Shown in pieces: positions 26,626-41,053 of a stretch of DNA of 64,000 bases (position 1 is its first letter; every line of letters starts with the position of its first letter). Origin of the DNA: the human T2T-CHM13v2.0 reference genome, Homo sapiens; the NCBI RefSeq assembly GCF_009914755.1, contig NC_060937.1, one strand, 5' to 3'. The notes under the pieces are model-generated. The model searched no databases, was not told the origin of the DNA, and saw nothing but the letters and a program-made list of their open reading frames with translations. The position numbers were made by a program, and so were the translations under genes.

Positions 26626-29543
26626 GAAAATCAATTTAAAATGAAATATAATCTAATCACACCAACAGAATTTTATCATCATTTAATTGATTTTTATATT
26701 GTCTAATTCTGAAATATCAGGGTCTGAAAGTATTTCTTGTCCTTTAGACAATAAGAGTATTTAAAATTTTTAGCCAGTTTTATTGAAATATAACTTTGAT
26801 AGAATGTTTTCCCAATTTCGAGTCAACCATTTGAATTTTGGCAAACATATACAATAATGTGAACAGCAGAGAAATCATGAGATACATTTCTCTTATCCTA
26901 CATGCCCGTTGCAGTCCACCCCTTCTTCCTACCCCTGCTCTCTGATATCCACTGATCTGCTTTTAGTCTTCCTAATTTTACCCTTTTAGAATTTTATATA
27001 ATTCAATCATAAAATATGGAGTTTTTATGTTTGGCATTTCTTATGAAACATAAGCATTTTGATATTCATCTGTGTTGTAATGTGTATCCCTATTTCCTTC
27101 TTTTTTTTTAGTGCTGAGTACTATTTCATCATATGAACTGTAGTTAATTCACTGACCACTTATGAAACGTTTTCAGGCTAATATGAATATTGTTTTCAAC
27201 ATTGAAATGCAAGTCTATTTATATAGTACGTTTTATTTTTTATTTAGTGTATTCCTAAAAATGAGATTGTTCAATCATAAGGTAATTGCATATTTATCTA
27301 TACAAAAACAACTTCTAAACTCTTTTTTTTTTCTAAATGGCTGTACCATTTCACATTGTATCCAGACAATTTCACATTGTCTATATATAGTTATATTTCT
27401 GAATTTTATGTCCAGTTCCATTTATCAACTCTCCTTATGGCAAAAACTCTCTCCTTATGGCAAAACCATATTATTTTGATTTCAGTAGTTTTGCAGAAAG
27501 TACTGATGTAAAGTAATGATAGTCATTCACCTTTGTTCTTCCTTTGGAAAATTGTTTTGACTATTTAATTCTTTTGAATCTCTAGTAAAAAATTATTTTG
27601 TTGATATCTACAAAATACAATTGCCTGAATCTTGAGTGAAATTGCAGAACTGACATCTTAATCATATTGAGTTTCCAGTCTACAAACATGGTACCTTTAT
27701 TTAGTTGTCATCTTTACTATTTCTCTATAATGTTTTATAGCCCCTTTTCTACAGATTTTTATATGTTAAAATTTTTCTAGACATTTTTGATGTATCTGTA
27801 TGTGCTAACTTCAGTCTCAATTTTTAATTGTTATTATAACAAAGAAATGGTTTAATAACCGTGGGTTTTGTGGCATTACTCACAAATGTGTTCTAGTAGT
27901 TGTTTTACATTTCTTGTAACTTTCTACATGGAAAATAATATTGTCTGTGCATAATAACTATTTTATTTGACCATTTTCTAAATCTACACCTTTTATTTCC
28001 TTTTTGTTGCCTTATTCTGGTAAGAATTTCAGGAAAATAGAATTAGTAAGAGTAAATAGAATTAGTAAATAAATAGAAGTAATAGGAGTGGATATCCTGA
28101 TCTGAAGATTAAAAAAACAAAACAAAAAAAAACCTTTATCAGAATGAGAAAATATCTTTTAACCCTGGTTTGCTGAGAATAACCATAACAAACATGATTT
28201 TAAGGTTTATGAATTTTTTTTTCTGCGTGTACTGAAGTGATCACTTTTTTGTTTTATAGCCTGTCATTATAGTGAGTATTGATAGGTCTTTAAAGGTTAC
28301 ATAAACTTTGCATTCCTAGGATAAAGCCCACTTGATCCTCAAGTGTAGTCCTTTAACTATGTATATGTGAATTTGATTACTGAAGTTTTGTTAAGGACTT
28401 TTGCATTTATAATAACATTTATTTTCTTGTAGTACCTTTGTCTCATTTTGCTATTAGGTAATTCTGGTCCTACAAAATGAGGTGAAAAATATTCCCTTTT
28501 CTATATTTTGAAAGAACTTTGTAGAATTCTTAGGATTTCTCCAAGTTGGTGAGATTCTCCACTGAAGCCATTGCGGTCTGGGTTTTTTTAGTGGGAATGG
28601 TTCTAATAATGAATTTAGTTTATATATAAATATATATATATATTATATATATGGTACTCTGTGTAAATTACCTTTTATTCAGTGTTGGTAGTTTGTATTT
28701 ATCACAGGATTTATTCCTTTCATCTAGTTTACCAAATGTATTGGAAAAAAGTAACAACATAAATAATTAATTAAAATTTTGAAAAACATTTATAATATTT
28801 ATAATATTCCTTATTATCCTTTTAATATTTGCAGAGTTTACAGTTTTTCACTTCGTACATTCCTGATATTGTCACTTTGTGTCTTCCTACATTTCTTTTT
28901 TCACTGATCAGTCTGGCTAGACTTATCACTTCCAAAAAAAATCTACTGAAACAACTAGTATTAAAAAACTAGAAACAGCTTAGATAACTGATTTGAGACA
29001 TTTCTTTTTTTCTCTTTTTACATTTTTTTGTGGTTTTATAGAAAGTTTTATAGTTTTAGAGTCTTTATTTTAACTTTATCTTACAAATTGCATTTGGGAA
29101 ATAATATACACAATGAAATATATATCGATTCCTTGTGATTGCTTCCCCAAAGCATGTGTTCTTTAAAAATGTGTTGCCTATTTTCTGAATATTTGGATAT
29201 TTTCCAATTATGTGTCTGTTGTTGATCTGTAGTTTAATTTCTTTTGGTCATAGAACATAATCTGTATGATTCTAATAACCTTATGTTTCTTGAGATGTGT
29301 TTTATCTCCCAGAATATCTATTTATTTATTTATATATTTAAGTTGTATAGCAAGATGTTTTCTATATACAAATGAAAATGACTTTTAGTTTTTAGAATTT
29401 ATTATGTACATTTTAGTATGTTATAATCTACCTTCATATAATACTATATGAAGATAATACTACTATAAACTTTCATTTCCCTCTCTATTCATTTTGTTAT
29501 AATTATTGCATACATTACTTCTACCTGTAATATAAATCACATA

Positions 29544-29851
29544 GGCTGGGCGCAGTAGCTCACGCCTGTAATCCCAGCACTTTGGGAGGCCAAGGCAGGC
29601 AGATCACCTGAGGTCGGGAGTTTAAGACCAGCCTGACCAACATGGAGAAACCCTGTCTCTACTAAAAATACAAAATTAGCCAGATGTGGTGGCAGGCGCC
29701 TGTAATCCCAGCTACTTGGGAGGCCGAGGCAGGAGAATCACTTGAACCTGGGAGGCAGAGGTGCTGTGAGCTGAGATTACGCCATTGCACTCCAGCGTGG
29801 GCAACCAGAGCAAAACTCAGTCTCAAAAAAATAAATAAATAAAAACAAAAA
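29544..29851 (+). mobile_element. Alu (AluS)
   Basis: Full dimer with GATCACCTGAGGTC. Confidence 0.95.
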
Positions 29852-30158
29852 GGCTGGGAGTGGTGGCTCCCGCCTGTAATCCCAATATTTTGGGAGGCCA
29901 AGGTGGGCATATCATGAGGTCAGGACATCAAGACCATCCTGGCTAACACTGTGAACCCCATCTCTACTAAAAATACAAAAAATTAGCAGGGCTTGGTGGC
30001 GGGTGCCTGTAGTCCCAGCTACTCAGGAGGCTGAGGCACAAGAATGGCGTGAACCCAGGAGGCGGAGCTTGCAGTGAGCCAAGATGGCTCCACTGCATTC
30101 CAGTCTGGGCAACAGAACAAGACTCCATCTCAAAAAAAAAAAAAATAAATAAATAAAT
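29852..30158 (+). mobile_element. AluY-like, tandem with the previous Alu
   Basis: Starts directly after the previous A tail; GAATGGCGTGAACC. Confidence 0.95.
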
Positions 30159-30781
30159 ATATATATATATAAAACATAATATATTTATTTAAAATATACT
30201 ATTGTTTAAAATAATCTATTATCTTTTAAATTAAGATGTGAGAAAAATGTCTATTATTTTTTATCAATAGTGTTTGCCTTTCCAGAGTTTTTTATTATTT
30301 TGTGGATTCATATTTCCTTCTGATATCATCTGTCTTCTGCCTAAAACACATGTTCCTAAAACACATCATTAATTTGTTGTTATTGTGGTGATGGTTGTGG
30401 TTATCGTTGTTGTTTGGTTAGTGCAAGTTCTCCTGGAGATAAACTTTCACAGTTTTTGTTTCTGAAACACATTTTACTGACTGTAAAATCCTAAATTGAT
30501 TTTCTTTTTGACTACTTTTAATATGACTTTCCATTGTCTTTTGATCTGCATATTTTCAGATGACCAAAGTTTATATTCCTTTATTCTTATATTTATTCCT
30601 TGGCATGTAATGTGGTATCTCTTCCACATTTAACAATCCTTCTAAAATTTTGTCACTTTTTTTTAGCAATGTTACTGTGATGTGTCTTGTGGTTAACTTC
30701 TATTTTAGTCTTCATTGATCTTCTTGGATTTGTAAGACTACGGTTTTCATATATACATTTATATAATAGTTGGCTATTGTT

Positions 30782-31077
30782 GGCTGGGCATGGTGGCTCA
30801 CGCCTGTAATCCCAGCACTTTGGGAGGCTGAGGCGGGTGGATCATGAGGTCAGGAGATCGAGACCATCCTGGCTAACATGGTGAAAACCCGTCTGTACTA
30901 AAAATATGAAAAATTAGCCAGACATGGTGGCGGGCACCTGTAGTCCCAGCTACTCAGGAAGCTGAAGCAGGAGAATGGCGTGAACCGGGAGGCAGAGCTT
31001 GCAGTGAGCCAAGATTGCGCCACTTCACTCCAGCCAGGACAACAGGGCAAGACTCTGTCTCAAAAAAAAAAAAAAAA
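30782..31077 (+). mobile_element. AluY
   Basis: Full dimer; perfect TSD AGTTGGCTATTGTT at 30768-30781 and 31078-31091. Confidence 0.95.
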
Positions 31078-31259
31078 AGTTGGCTATTGTTTTATTAATT
31101 TGTTTCTTCTTTTTCCTCCTCTTTTCTTTCCTATTAGGATGCAATAGGACATATATTAGACAACTTAACGTTTTTTCCGCAGGTCACTGATGCATTGTTG
31201 ACTTTTTATCAAGTTAGGATTTTTTCTTTCTTTTCCTCTCTGTGATTTTGTTTGTTTGT

Positions 31260-31522
31260 TTTATTTTTTTATAGATGTAGGGGGTACAAGTGCAGTTTCG
31301 TTACGTGAATATATTGTGTAGTGGTGAAGTCTAGGTTGTTAGTGTAACCATCACCCAAATAGTGTACATTGTACCCATTAGATAATTTCTCATCCTCTAT
31401 TCCCCTTACACCTTCTCACATTTCCAAGTCTCCAGTGTCCATTATTCCACTTTCTATGTCCATGTGTGCACATTGTTTAACTCCAACTTATAACTTAGAA
31501 CATGCAGTATTTGACTTTCTGA
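31260..31522 (-). mobile_element. Short L1MA2-like 3' end
   Basis: Same motif family as 1790-2050 (GGGGTACAAGTGCAG..GTGGTGAAGTCTAGG..ACCATCACCC). Confidence 0.8.
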
Positions 31523-33578
31523 TTTTAACAGTTGCTGTTTGCTGTGTTTTTACATTTACTGAGGTTTCTTCACCAGAATCTCATCTGCTTTTAATCTCAT
31601 CCAAGGCATATTTTATATCACATATTGACTTTTTTGTCTACTAGTTTTATTTCTTTCTTTTTTATTAGTTTTTATATTCTCTTACTATGTCTTTTTTCCT
31701 TTTCTCTATTTTCTCAGTCATATAGAACATTGATATATTTTTTGTTTTAATATACTTGTGGTTATAAGCCATGAAGGGAATGAGATTACATACCAATTGC
31801 AAGCTGACAAATTTCCCTGACAGTTTTATGGATGATTGTACATGGCATGATACTTGTGGGACCTAAACATTTGACAGTTTGGTACTCACAGTAATATTAC
31901 AGCCAGAGTATCAGCATTTTCACCTTGGTTATTTGATCCCCAATGTGCATAGGCCAATGCAAAGAGGACTGCATGATCCCTGCACACAAAATGTGTTGCA
32001 TTACAGGAGACGAACGCTGAGTTAGGACACTTGAGTCTCTTATCATGCACAATAAGCATCCCTGCTCTTTGCCCCAGAGTGAGACATTGCCTTTACTATT
32101 ATGGTCATTAAAGGTACCTGCATTTTTCTCTAATGGGAAACACTATCTGTCTCTTTCAAAGCTATAAGCACACCAACCATTTGCTATGAAGGGAGAAAAC
32201 ATCTCTATCACAAAGGCTGCTCACTATACAAACATTCTTGAAAACATAGAAACAAAGAGCAGTCAGTGTGTCTTGTTTACAAGGCATGCAGAAGTATAAG
32301 GGCCTGAAGGAGAACAGAATTATCACTTAGTATTTTCTGCTAATTCCATTTTCTCTGTAATTTCTGGAACTATTTATTGATTTCTTCTCCTCCCTGTGGG
32401 TCATATTTTGTTTTCATTTCTTGAATGCCAGGCAATTTTTGATTAGATGTCAGATGTTAATTTAATTGCAGGATGCTTTATTTCTATTTTTGAGAAGCGT
32501 TGGGCTTTGTTTAGACAGGCAATTAAGTTTTAAGTTGCTTAGAATCAATTTGACACTTTAGAGGTTCACTTCAAGTCCACCTCCAGAGCAGGCATTAGTC
32601 TAGTGTAGCCCAACTACTGAGGTTACTGAAGTAATGCTCATCTAAGAATTCTTCATATTGTCTTATCTATTTAGAGACCTTTCCATTTGGACTGATAGGA
32701 TCATGAGCTATTCCCTGCTCTGCTTGAACTCAGGAATTGTTTAGACTACTGCTTTCCAGTGGTTATTATTTTCTGGGCTTGGATAAATTTCCTCTCATGC
32801 ATAAACAGATTAGAACTCGGCCAAAGGCTCAAGGGGCACTCTCTGGAGATTTCGGAAGCTATTTTTGTTTAGCTCCTTCCTCTCCAGTATTCTGCTCCAC
32901 AAATTTGAGCTGCTTTCACCTCCCTGAACTCTGATTTCTGCCTTCTTAATTGGGCAAGAAGGCAGATTCTATTTGGTCTCTTTTTACTCTGTGCGGTGAC
33001 CTGGAAACTGCCTGTGGGCAGAAAGCTGATGTGATTTTAGAGCTCACCTCATTTGTTTTCCTCCACTTCATGATCATAGTCCTTTTCGGTGTGTTTTCAA
33101 TATGTGAGAACTTTTGTTTTAAATATTTTGTTTGCTTTTCTGTTTGTTTAAGGTAGGAAGGTAAATCTGGTCCCTGCTTCTAGATCATGGTTTGAGGCAA
33201 AAGTAATTGGAAAGGTTGTACTTGCCTCTTACCTTTTAGTTAACATCTGTGAAAGGAAAATAAATCTTGGGACCCTAGAATCACTAAGCTAAAGAGAAAA
33301 GTCAAACTAGGAACTGCTTAGGGCAAACCTGCCTCCCATTCTATTCAAAGTCATCCCTGTGGTGAGGCTCACCTGAGACAAATGGATATCTGATTGCTTC
33401 TCTCCCCTATCGTTTATGTAAAAATGCAGATTCACTGAGCCAGACAAAATTGTGTATTCAGTGGAAAGCTGATCAAGGGCTCAAAAAAGTGCAACCTGTG
33501 TCTTTTATCTACTCCTAACCTGGAAGTGCCCACTTCAAGTTGTCTTGCCTTACCAAGAGTTTTCCTGCCTTTCTGGAG

Positions 33579-33956
33579 TGTATTAGCTTGCTCTCATGCT
33601 TCTATGAAGAACTGCCCCAGACTGAGTAATTTATAAAGGAAAGAGGTTTAATTGACTCACGATTCTACCAGGCTGGGGAGACCACAGGAAACTTACAATC
33701 ATGATGGAAAGGGAAGCAAACATGTCATTCTTCACATGGGGGCAGGAGAGAGAAGAATGAGAGCCCAGTGGAGGGGGAAGCCCCTTATAAAATCATCAGA
33801 TCTTGTGAGACCTAACTCACTATCATGAGAATAGCATGGGGGAAACCATCTTCATGATTCGATTATCTCCCACCAGGTCCTTCCCACCATACGTGGGGAT
33901 TACAGGAACTACAATTCAAGATGAGATTTGGTTGGGCACACAGCTCAATAATATCA
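33579..33956 (-). mobile_element. MaLR solo LTR (THE1D/MSTA-like) inserted in the MER4 5' LTR
   Basis: TGTATTAG...AATTTATAAAGGAAAGAGGTTTAATTGACTCAC...ATATCA; absent from the 3' LTR copy. Confidence 0.88.
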
Positions 33957-34164
33957 CAGACTGAATGAACCAATGTATAATTTACACATATTGATTGATG
34001 TCTCATGTCTCCCTAAAATGTATAAGAGCAAACTGTACTTCTAACTGCCTTGGGCGCATGTCTCAATACTTCCTGAGGCTGTGTCACAAGAGTGTCCTTA
34101 ACTTTGGCAAAATAAACTTTCTAAATTGACTGAGTCCTGTCTCAGTTATTTGGGGTTCACATTT

Positions 34165-34182
34165 TGGTAATCACAAAGGGAT
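34165..34182 (+). promoter_or_regulatory. Decayed primer-binding site of the MER4 element, tRNA-Arg-like
   Basis: TGGTAATCACAAAGGGAT versus TGGCGACCACGAAGGGAC: 13/18 match, all differences are transitions; 3 nt after the LTR end. Confidence 0.55.
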
Positions 34183-34399
34183 TCTGAGCGGAGGTACCAC
34201 TGACCTTTGGCAAATCTCCTATTGGTGTTTGGTACCAGCTTGAGCTTCTTTATGGCACAAACCAATAGGAAAATTTGCTGAGACCTGGAAGCTCCCCTTC
34301 CAGATAATCCCTTGTCTCCTGAAATTTCACTGGGATCTAAAGTTTAATTTGCTGTACAACTCCCTTTGTTGGAGTTTTACTTGTTCCCCACAAGGAAGG

Positions 34400-34817
34400 T
34401 GTCAGGCCTCTATGTCCAAGCCTGCACATGTACATCCAGATGGCCTGAAGCAATTGAAGAACCACAAAAAAAGTGAAAATAGCCAGTTCCTGCCTTAACT
34501 GATGACATTCCACCATTGTGATTTGTTCCTGCTCCACCCTAACTGATCAATTGACCTTGTGACATTCCTTCTCCTGGACAATGAGTCTCAGAATCTCCCC
34601 ACTGAGCACTTTGTGACCCTTGCCCCTGCCCACAAGAAAAAGAAACCCTTTAACTGTAATTTTCCATTACCTACCCAAATCCTATAAAACTGCCCCACCC
34701 CATCTCCCTTTGCTGACCTCTTTTTCAGACTCAGTCCGCCTGCACCCAGGTTATTAAAAAGCTTTATTGCTCACGCAAAGCCTGTTTGGTGGTCTCTTCA
34801 CATAGACACATGTGACA
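34400..34817 (+). mobile_element. HERV-H solo LTR (LTR7C-like)
   Basis: TGTCAGGCCTCT...CCTATAAAACTGCCCC...AAGCCTGTTTGGTGGTCTCTTCAC...GTGACA; perfect 5-bp TSD GAAGG. Confidence 0.92.
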
Positions 34818-35572
34818 GAAGGCAAGTTTTCCTGTTTCCTTAATGATGGAGTGCAGGTAACTCCTTTCTGGAGTTTCAGCTTCCAAAAGGGAAGGCAAGT
34901 TTGAATTGTTTCCTGCTTCTAGGATGGTAAAGAGCAGACTTCTGCCTGAGACCCACCCATAGGTAAGTAGCTGAATTGGGGAATTTTGTCTTGGCTAAAG
35001 TTGATTAACAACCAGCTGGTCTTAATTTCTCCTTAACATTAGATCACTCAATATTCAAATGAATTGTGCAATCATTTGTTTGTTTTGCTCATCTGTTTTT
35101 TTTTGTTGTTGTTTGTTTATTTTTGTTTTTGTTGTTGTTTCAGTCTTTTTCCCATTGGGTATGACCAACTCTATCTGACTTGATCAAATCCAAAGGAAAG
35201 CTCCAACTTATGGGTAACAAGGCACCTGAAGTGGCTAAATTCTCACAAAAAAAGGGAGAGAAGATTTTTTATTTTGACTTCTAAAGGGGTTTTATTTACA
35301 TAAAAGGGCCACCTTTTTGCTAGCCAAGTCAACCTGAAAAGCAATGGCTGTCACCCATTATGCAGTTCCATAGCTAAGGTCCTGCCTTCTTTTTCTTTCA
35401 CAATGACAGCCTGAGTTTGCTTCCTAAATCAAGCCCTTTTTTGGTTTGATACTTGTTACTTTTGAAATATCATTAATTTGGCCTAGCTAAAATATAGTCA
35501 TGAGATTTTAAAATATTTTTTTAAAGGAGCTCAATGGGTAAAGGTCAGCTTAATTAGAAGCTAACATTCATG

Positions 35573-35575
<3 letters not shown>

Positions 35576-35610
<35 letters not shown>
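35576..35610. repeat. (TG)n microsatellite
   Basis: Pure TG run of about 17 units. Confidence 0.95.
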
Positions 35611-35612
<2 letters not shown>

Positions 35613-37290
35613 TAAAAGGCCTTTCTATTTTTTTTTTTCTCTCCTAGGATCTTGTCTTTTTTGAGCAAATTTTTTTTCTTCTCAGTTGACTGAATTCTGT
35701 TTTATTCATTTACTTCTCTTGTCTCTCCTTTCTTTTCCTACCCTTTGTTGCATGAAGGGTCTAAAATAGTTTCTAATAGACTGGGGTTCCTTAAATAAAT
35801 TGGAGAAGGTGCCACTCTCCCTTTTAGGAAGAAACCTCTTTTCCTTATGGAACCCCAAGAGTGTAAACAGACAAGTCCATCTCAGATCATAAACTACTTG
35901 GTTTTGTATTATGTTACCTGATTTTTTGACAAGTAAAACATAAATTAGTTATTACAACAGAGGCTACTCTTGGATCTTTAAGGAATAGTATAGCTTAGAC
36001 ACATAGAAATGTCTTTGTTAAAAAGATTTCCTTGATGTACTGTAAAACAATCACCTGGCCTAGCCACATAAGAATTCTCCTTTTTTGGAGAACCAGGATT
36101 GAACATGGGCTCTGCCCAAAGCTCAGATACCCAGTTAGGAGATAGGTGGTCTCTAGCAAAATAAAATTGGTCTTATTACATAATTCTATGATAGATTTCT
36201 ATAATTTTATGTTTGATTTGGCATTCATTTTTAATCTCCCTCAAGCACCATCAGATTCTCTCTGTACTTTGAGATGTAAATTTCATTATCTGATTTTTCA
36301 CCTAAGAGTTCCTTTAATATGCAGATTTAGGGCTCTCTGACAATTGCCTAGGGTAATAAAATAGTTATCAAGAAATTGGATGTCTAAAATAGGCGGAAAA
36401 ATAGAAGTCTTATTAATCTATAAGATCTACTAGCTATGTGTCTAATATATCTCTGTATTTATGTGTCATGTATATGACGTTTCACTACTAAAATATATTA
36501 AAAAACTCTAATGGGCTTTAAAAAGCACTTAAATCAAATACTTTATCAGAAAAATACTTTAAGCCAAATGATTTTTCAAGTTCACATAACTTAAGAAAAT
36601 TTTAATAAATCAGCTGGTTTAAAAAATTTTGGTGAAATAGATTTAGAAATGGCTTTAGAACTGTCAACATACATTATTTATCTCTGCTAGATGTCAAAAT
36701 TTGGCATGAGGGGTATAAAGCTATGAATGCAGCCCAAAAGAGAAGTATCTTTGTTTAAGTAAAAATTAACAAATACAGCATTTAATATTGTTCTGTTAAT
36801 GAAAATAGCTAAATTCTGAGCAATTGGCAAACAACAACAACAAACCCATCTATGTAACCTTAAGGTTCTTACTTAGGAAAGCCTGAAATTCACAGGGTAT
36901 AAAAGTGGTTAACAAAGAACCTTAAGTGATAGCTATCACAGTTTTCATAATTAATCTCAGTAAAGTATTTAAAAATTAATTAATTAAGTAAATGTAATGG
37001 AATAGATGCTTGTAGATAATCTTGTCATATAATTTAAAGTCTAAAGTTATATAAATCTAAATAATAAATATTTACTAAATGTCTGGGTCATTTCCAATCT
37101 CTTCTAGAATTATAGGAAAACATCTTTCTGAAAAAAAGAAATGTGTTCTTATTTAACAGAAAACAATTTTTGTCTAATTCAAAGGATATTGAAAATTTAT
37201 GAAATTAGGTACAGGTAATCAGTGAATAAGAACAATGTAAACAAAGTTATAAAGTAGTTTTTTTGGCAAGAAAGTTTAAAAAGAAAATAA

Positions 37291-37613
<323 letters not shown>

Positions 37614-37925
37614 TTTTATTTTATTTTATTTTATTTTATTTTTTGAGACAGAGTCTTGCTCTGTCACCCAGGCTGGAGAGCAGTGGTGTGACTTGGCTCA
37701 CTGCAACTTCCACCTCTCAACTTCAAGCAATTCTCCTGCCTTAGCCTCCCCAGTAGCTAGAATTACAGGTACCCACCACAATGCCCAGCTAATTTGTGTA
37801 TTTTTAGTAGAGACAGGGTTTTGCCATGTTGGCCAGTTTAGTCTTGACCTCCTGACCTCAGAAGATCCACCCACCTTGACCTCCAAAATTGCTGGGATTA
37901 CAGGCATGAGCCATCACACCCGGCT
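37614..37925 (-). mobile_element. AluS with (TTTTA)n tail
   Basis: Antisense dimer adjacent to the previous Alu. Confidence 0.93.
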
Positions 37926-40107
37926 GGTAAATTTTTATCCTAAAATAAAATAATGGTTGACTAAGAAAGAAGAATGTCTAAGTTAAAACTGGAAGTCCAA
38001 GCATGTTATGAGTTATTTGTATCAAGTTGTCCATAATGGAAGGGAAATTATTTATACTAGTCTTTCTAGAGATTGAGTTTTGATGTTAAAAACAAAACAA
38101 AACAAAACACTTATACACTTAGGAATTGGTTAGAACAGTGAAGTTTTCTTAAGGGATTGATTTACTCTTAATAAATTATAAGAGGTTTTGATCTTTTTTT
38201 AACCCTAAGTACAACTTCTATTGCATCTCACAGTGCTCACTTTTCTCTTCCCTTTTAAAAGTCACAAAATATTAACTCTCTCCTTCAATTCATTTTCAGC
38301 TCATTTAAGTTTTTTTTCCTTGGGTTCTAACTGTTTGTTGTGGCCTAATGTTAAAAATGTTTCCTTAAAGGTCTAAAGGAAATGTTTTCTTCCAACATAA
38401 TATTCTGTGCACTGCAGAAGGTCTTTTATTTTGCCTGTTGGTAACTGGCCTAACAGATTGTATCTTTTATCAAAATAATTCCTATGTCATTATTATTGAG
38501 TTTTGGTTTACTTAGAAAAAAAGTTTAAAAATTTTATTTAATTAAAGATATTACATCTGTGTACCTTCCTATATGTTCTTTTAAATTTCTTGTGACATTG
38601 CATTGCAGGGCTTTGACTCCAGGGTCTAAAAGGGACACCAAGTCCTGCTAAATCTTAAACACAGAGAGCTTAAATTAAACCCTCATCTTCGGGCCCAGTA
38701 GCTTACGCAAATCAAAATAAACTGTGTTCCTGAGACATAGGGCCAGAGATAAAAAACTATTCAGCTCCTCGAGGCCCAGTGACTATCGCAGAAGAGATGG
38801 GCACATGAGATCATAAGGGCCGATTTTAAGAGATAAAATTGGTTCACTTTCCCTAGAAATTAACCATTAATATCAAAGGCACACAGATGCAAAACCAGCA
38901 TCTGGACCCCTGTGTCGCATTAACAAGATTTTCCTGGAGAATTAACTCACTCCTTAATAAAAATTATAAAGGATACAAGAAGGTTTAAGGAAATTATATC
39001 TTATGATCAAAATGATTAAAATTTTAAAGATTGTTTATAAGATTTTGAAAGACAGATTTAATTGGCCTTGTGCTGTAGTTAAGGCTTATTGTTTGGAAAA
39101 TTAAGTCTCCTCTCTCAATGAATAAAGATTTTCACTTTTTTTAAGTCTTCCAGTTATCACTTTGATTAAATGAATGACTAATTTTACAATGACAATTTTT
39201 CATGATATCAAGCATTTTAAATTTTTGTATTTGACAAACTTTCCAAAGTCAAATTATAACTTGGGTCCTCATTGATTTTTTTTTGTATTCATCCCCTGAA
39301 GTCCAAAAGAGACATATTCAGCTTATTTGGTACAAAAATCATACACAAAACATGGTCAAATATAAAATGGTGTTTGATTTTCTTTAGGCTGTATTTGTAT
39401 AAATGTTATTTGTATGTATTCTAAAATTATGCAAAATTCCTATAATTCTGATACTACAATGTATATTGTTAATAATTATAATTGTTATGTAAAATTGTTG
39501 TATGTCACGAAAGCAACAAATTTCCAGTCAATTGTGGTTTTAATAATGTCCGTCCCAAGACTTTTTGTCATTCACAGACAGCCCTCTTGTTTTGATCCTC
39601 TTCAAAAGGTGGTTTACAATCAGCTATAGAATTTGATAGGTGCTCTTGAATGCAGAGTTAACTGCATGGACTGAACTGCTAGAAGACTGAACTAATCTTT
39701 TTGACCTTTTGCTTAAAATGTTGCTGATCCTTTGTTTTGTTTTTCAGTGAAGAAAATTTTTAAGCTATTTACAGCTTTTAACAATTGAGTAAAGTATACT
39801 CCTGTGAACAAAATTTGGAGCACATTTCTCTCCATCTAATTTCTCCAGAATTTGGAAAATATTTGTGAGTGTTCTTAACTTATGGCAATGTAATTATTTG
39901 CATAAGTGCAATAAGAATGTTTTCTTTTGCAACAGGACACAATTGGAGAAACTGATTGTTTTACCAAGGCTTTGACTTAAATGGCATGCTCTCCTTTAAG
40001 GAATCAAGCTTGACTTAGCCAATAAGAGCTCCTTGGGAAAACTGGCCTTATAGCTTGTCTGCACAGTCCCTGTATAGGGCTTCTGACCTATAATAAGTAA
40101 AGAATAT

Positions 40108-41053
40108 TGATAGTGACTGGAGGCAGTCAAATGACTAGGCAGATGATGCGGTCCCTGGTGAAACCCCACTTTCAAGCCAAAAACACCCTGGAGTGCTTGT
40201 TCTGGACGAAACCCATGACCCACAGTGAGAACGTCTATTGCTGTTTGCCCAACCTTTCCTGATTGGTTCTTTCTGAATAATGCTTTTAACCAATCAAATG
40301 TTGCCTTATCCAGTACTATGTATGGCCTGCCCCTCCCCCATCCCATGCCTATAAAAACTCCAGACTCAGCAACAATGGGGGGGATGATGTGACTTCAGGT
40401 GAGAGACCACCTCCCCATTCCCTCTCTGCTGAAAGCTGTTTTGTCACTTAGTAAAATTATCCACCGTCATCACCCTCCAATTGTCAGCATGACCTCATTC
40501 TTCTTGGGCACATGATATGAGCTCAGGACCCACTGAAAACAGGTACCTAGAAAGGCTGTAACACTGTGGCCCTCTGCCCTTGCTAGTGGAGGCAGCTGCC
40601 CCATACAACAGAAGCAGCAGTGGGGCTGAGCCAGTCCTGGAGTCATGGGCCAGAGCAAGGCAAGGGGCTGAATGATTTGCTAACATGCTGCCATGTGTCA
40701 GACTCTGGACAGCAGAACTAAAAGAGCTAATTAACACACTGTAGCACCTGCTCTTGTGTTTTATGGTCAAGGGAACCCCTGCATGGGTGCCACCACATTC
40801 CCCTTGGGGCAACATGCCTGGTCAGGCTGCAGGGCCCACATGGAACCTTCTCCTGCGTTGGCACTCATAGCAGCCAGCTGGACCCCACACTCATTCATTC
40901 ACATGCTCCCTCCCACTAGGGCCTGAGTGCACAGTTGTGGCAGCTGCCAAATCCACAAGGGAGGCTTGCCCTCAGGCACAGCCCACTGGACTGAATAGAC
41001 AGAGTGTCTCCTTCTGTGAGGCCCACAAAGGGGCCAAGAAAAATCCTCTATGA
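40108..41053 (+). mobile_element. ERV1 solo LTR (LTR27/LTR28-like, LTR1 group) nested in MER4-int
   Basis: GC-rich island starting TGATAGTGACTGGAGGCAG; TATA CCTATAAAAA; flanks ATAT/ATGT (4-bp TSD, one mismatch). Confidence 0.72.

Larger units (their letters stand above)
26770..33200 (-). mobile_element. Degenerate old L1M (L1ME/MC-like) interrupted by Alus and other repeats
   Basis: Long T-rich stretch with antisense L1 ORF2 motifs (TTGCATTCCTAGGATAAAGCCCACTTGATC; TTTTGGTCATAGAACATAATCTGTATGATT). Boundaries approximate. Confidence 0.55.

Noticed and set aside
31757-32330. Possible old ERVL/MaLR LTR inside the L1M
   Set aside because: Composition shift is visible, but termini, TSD and family could not be established.
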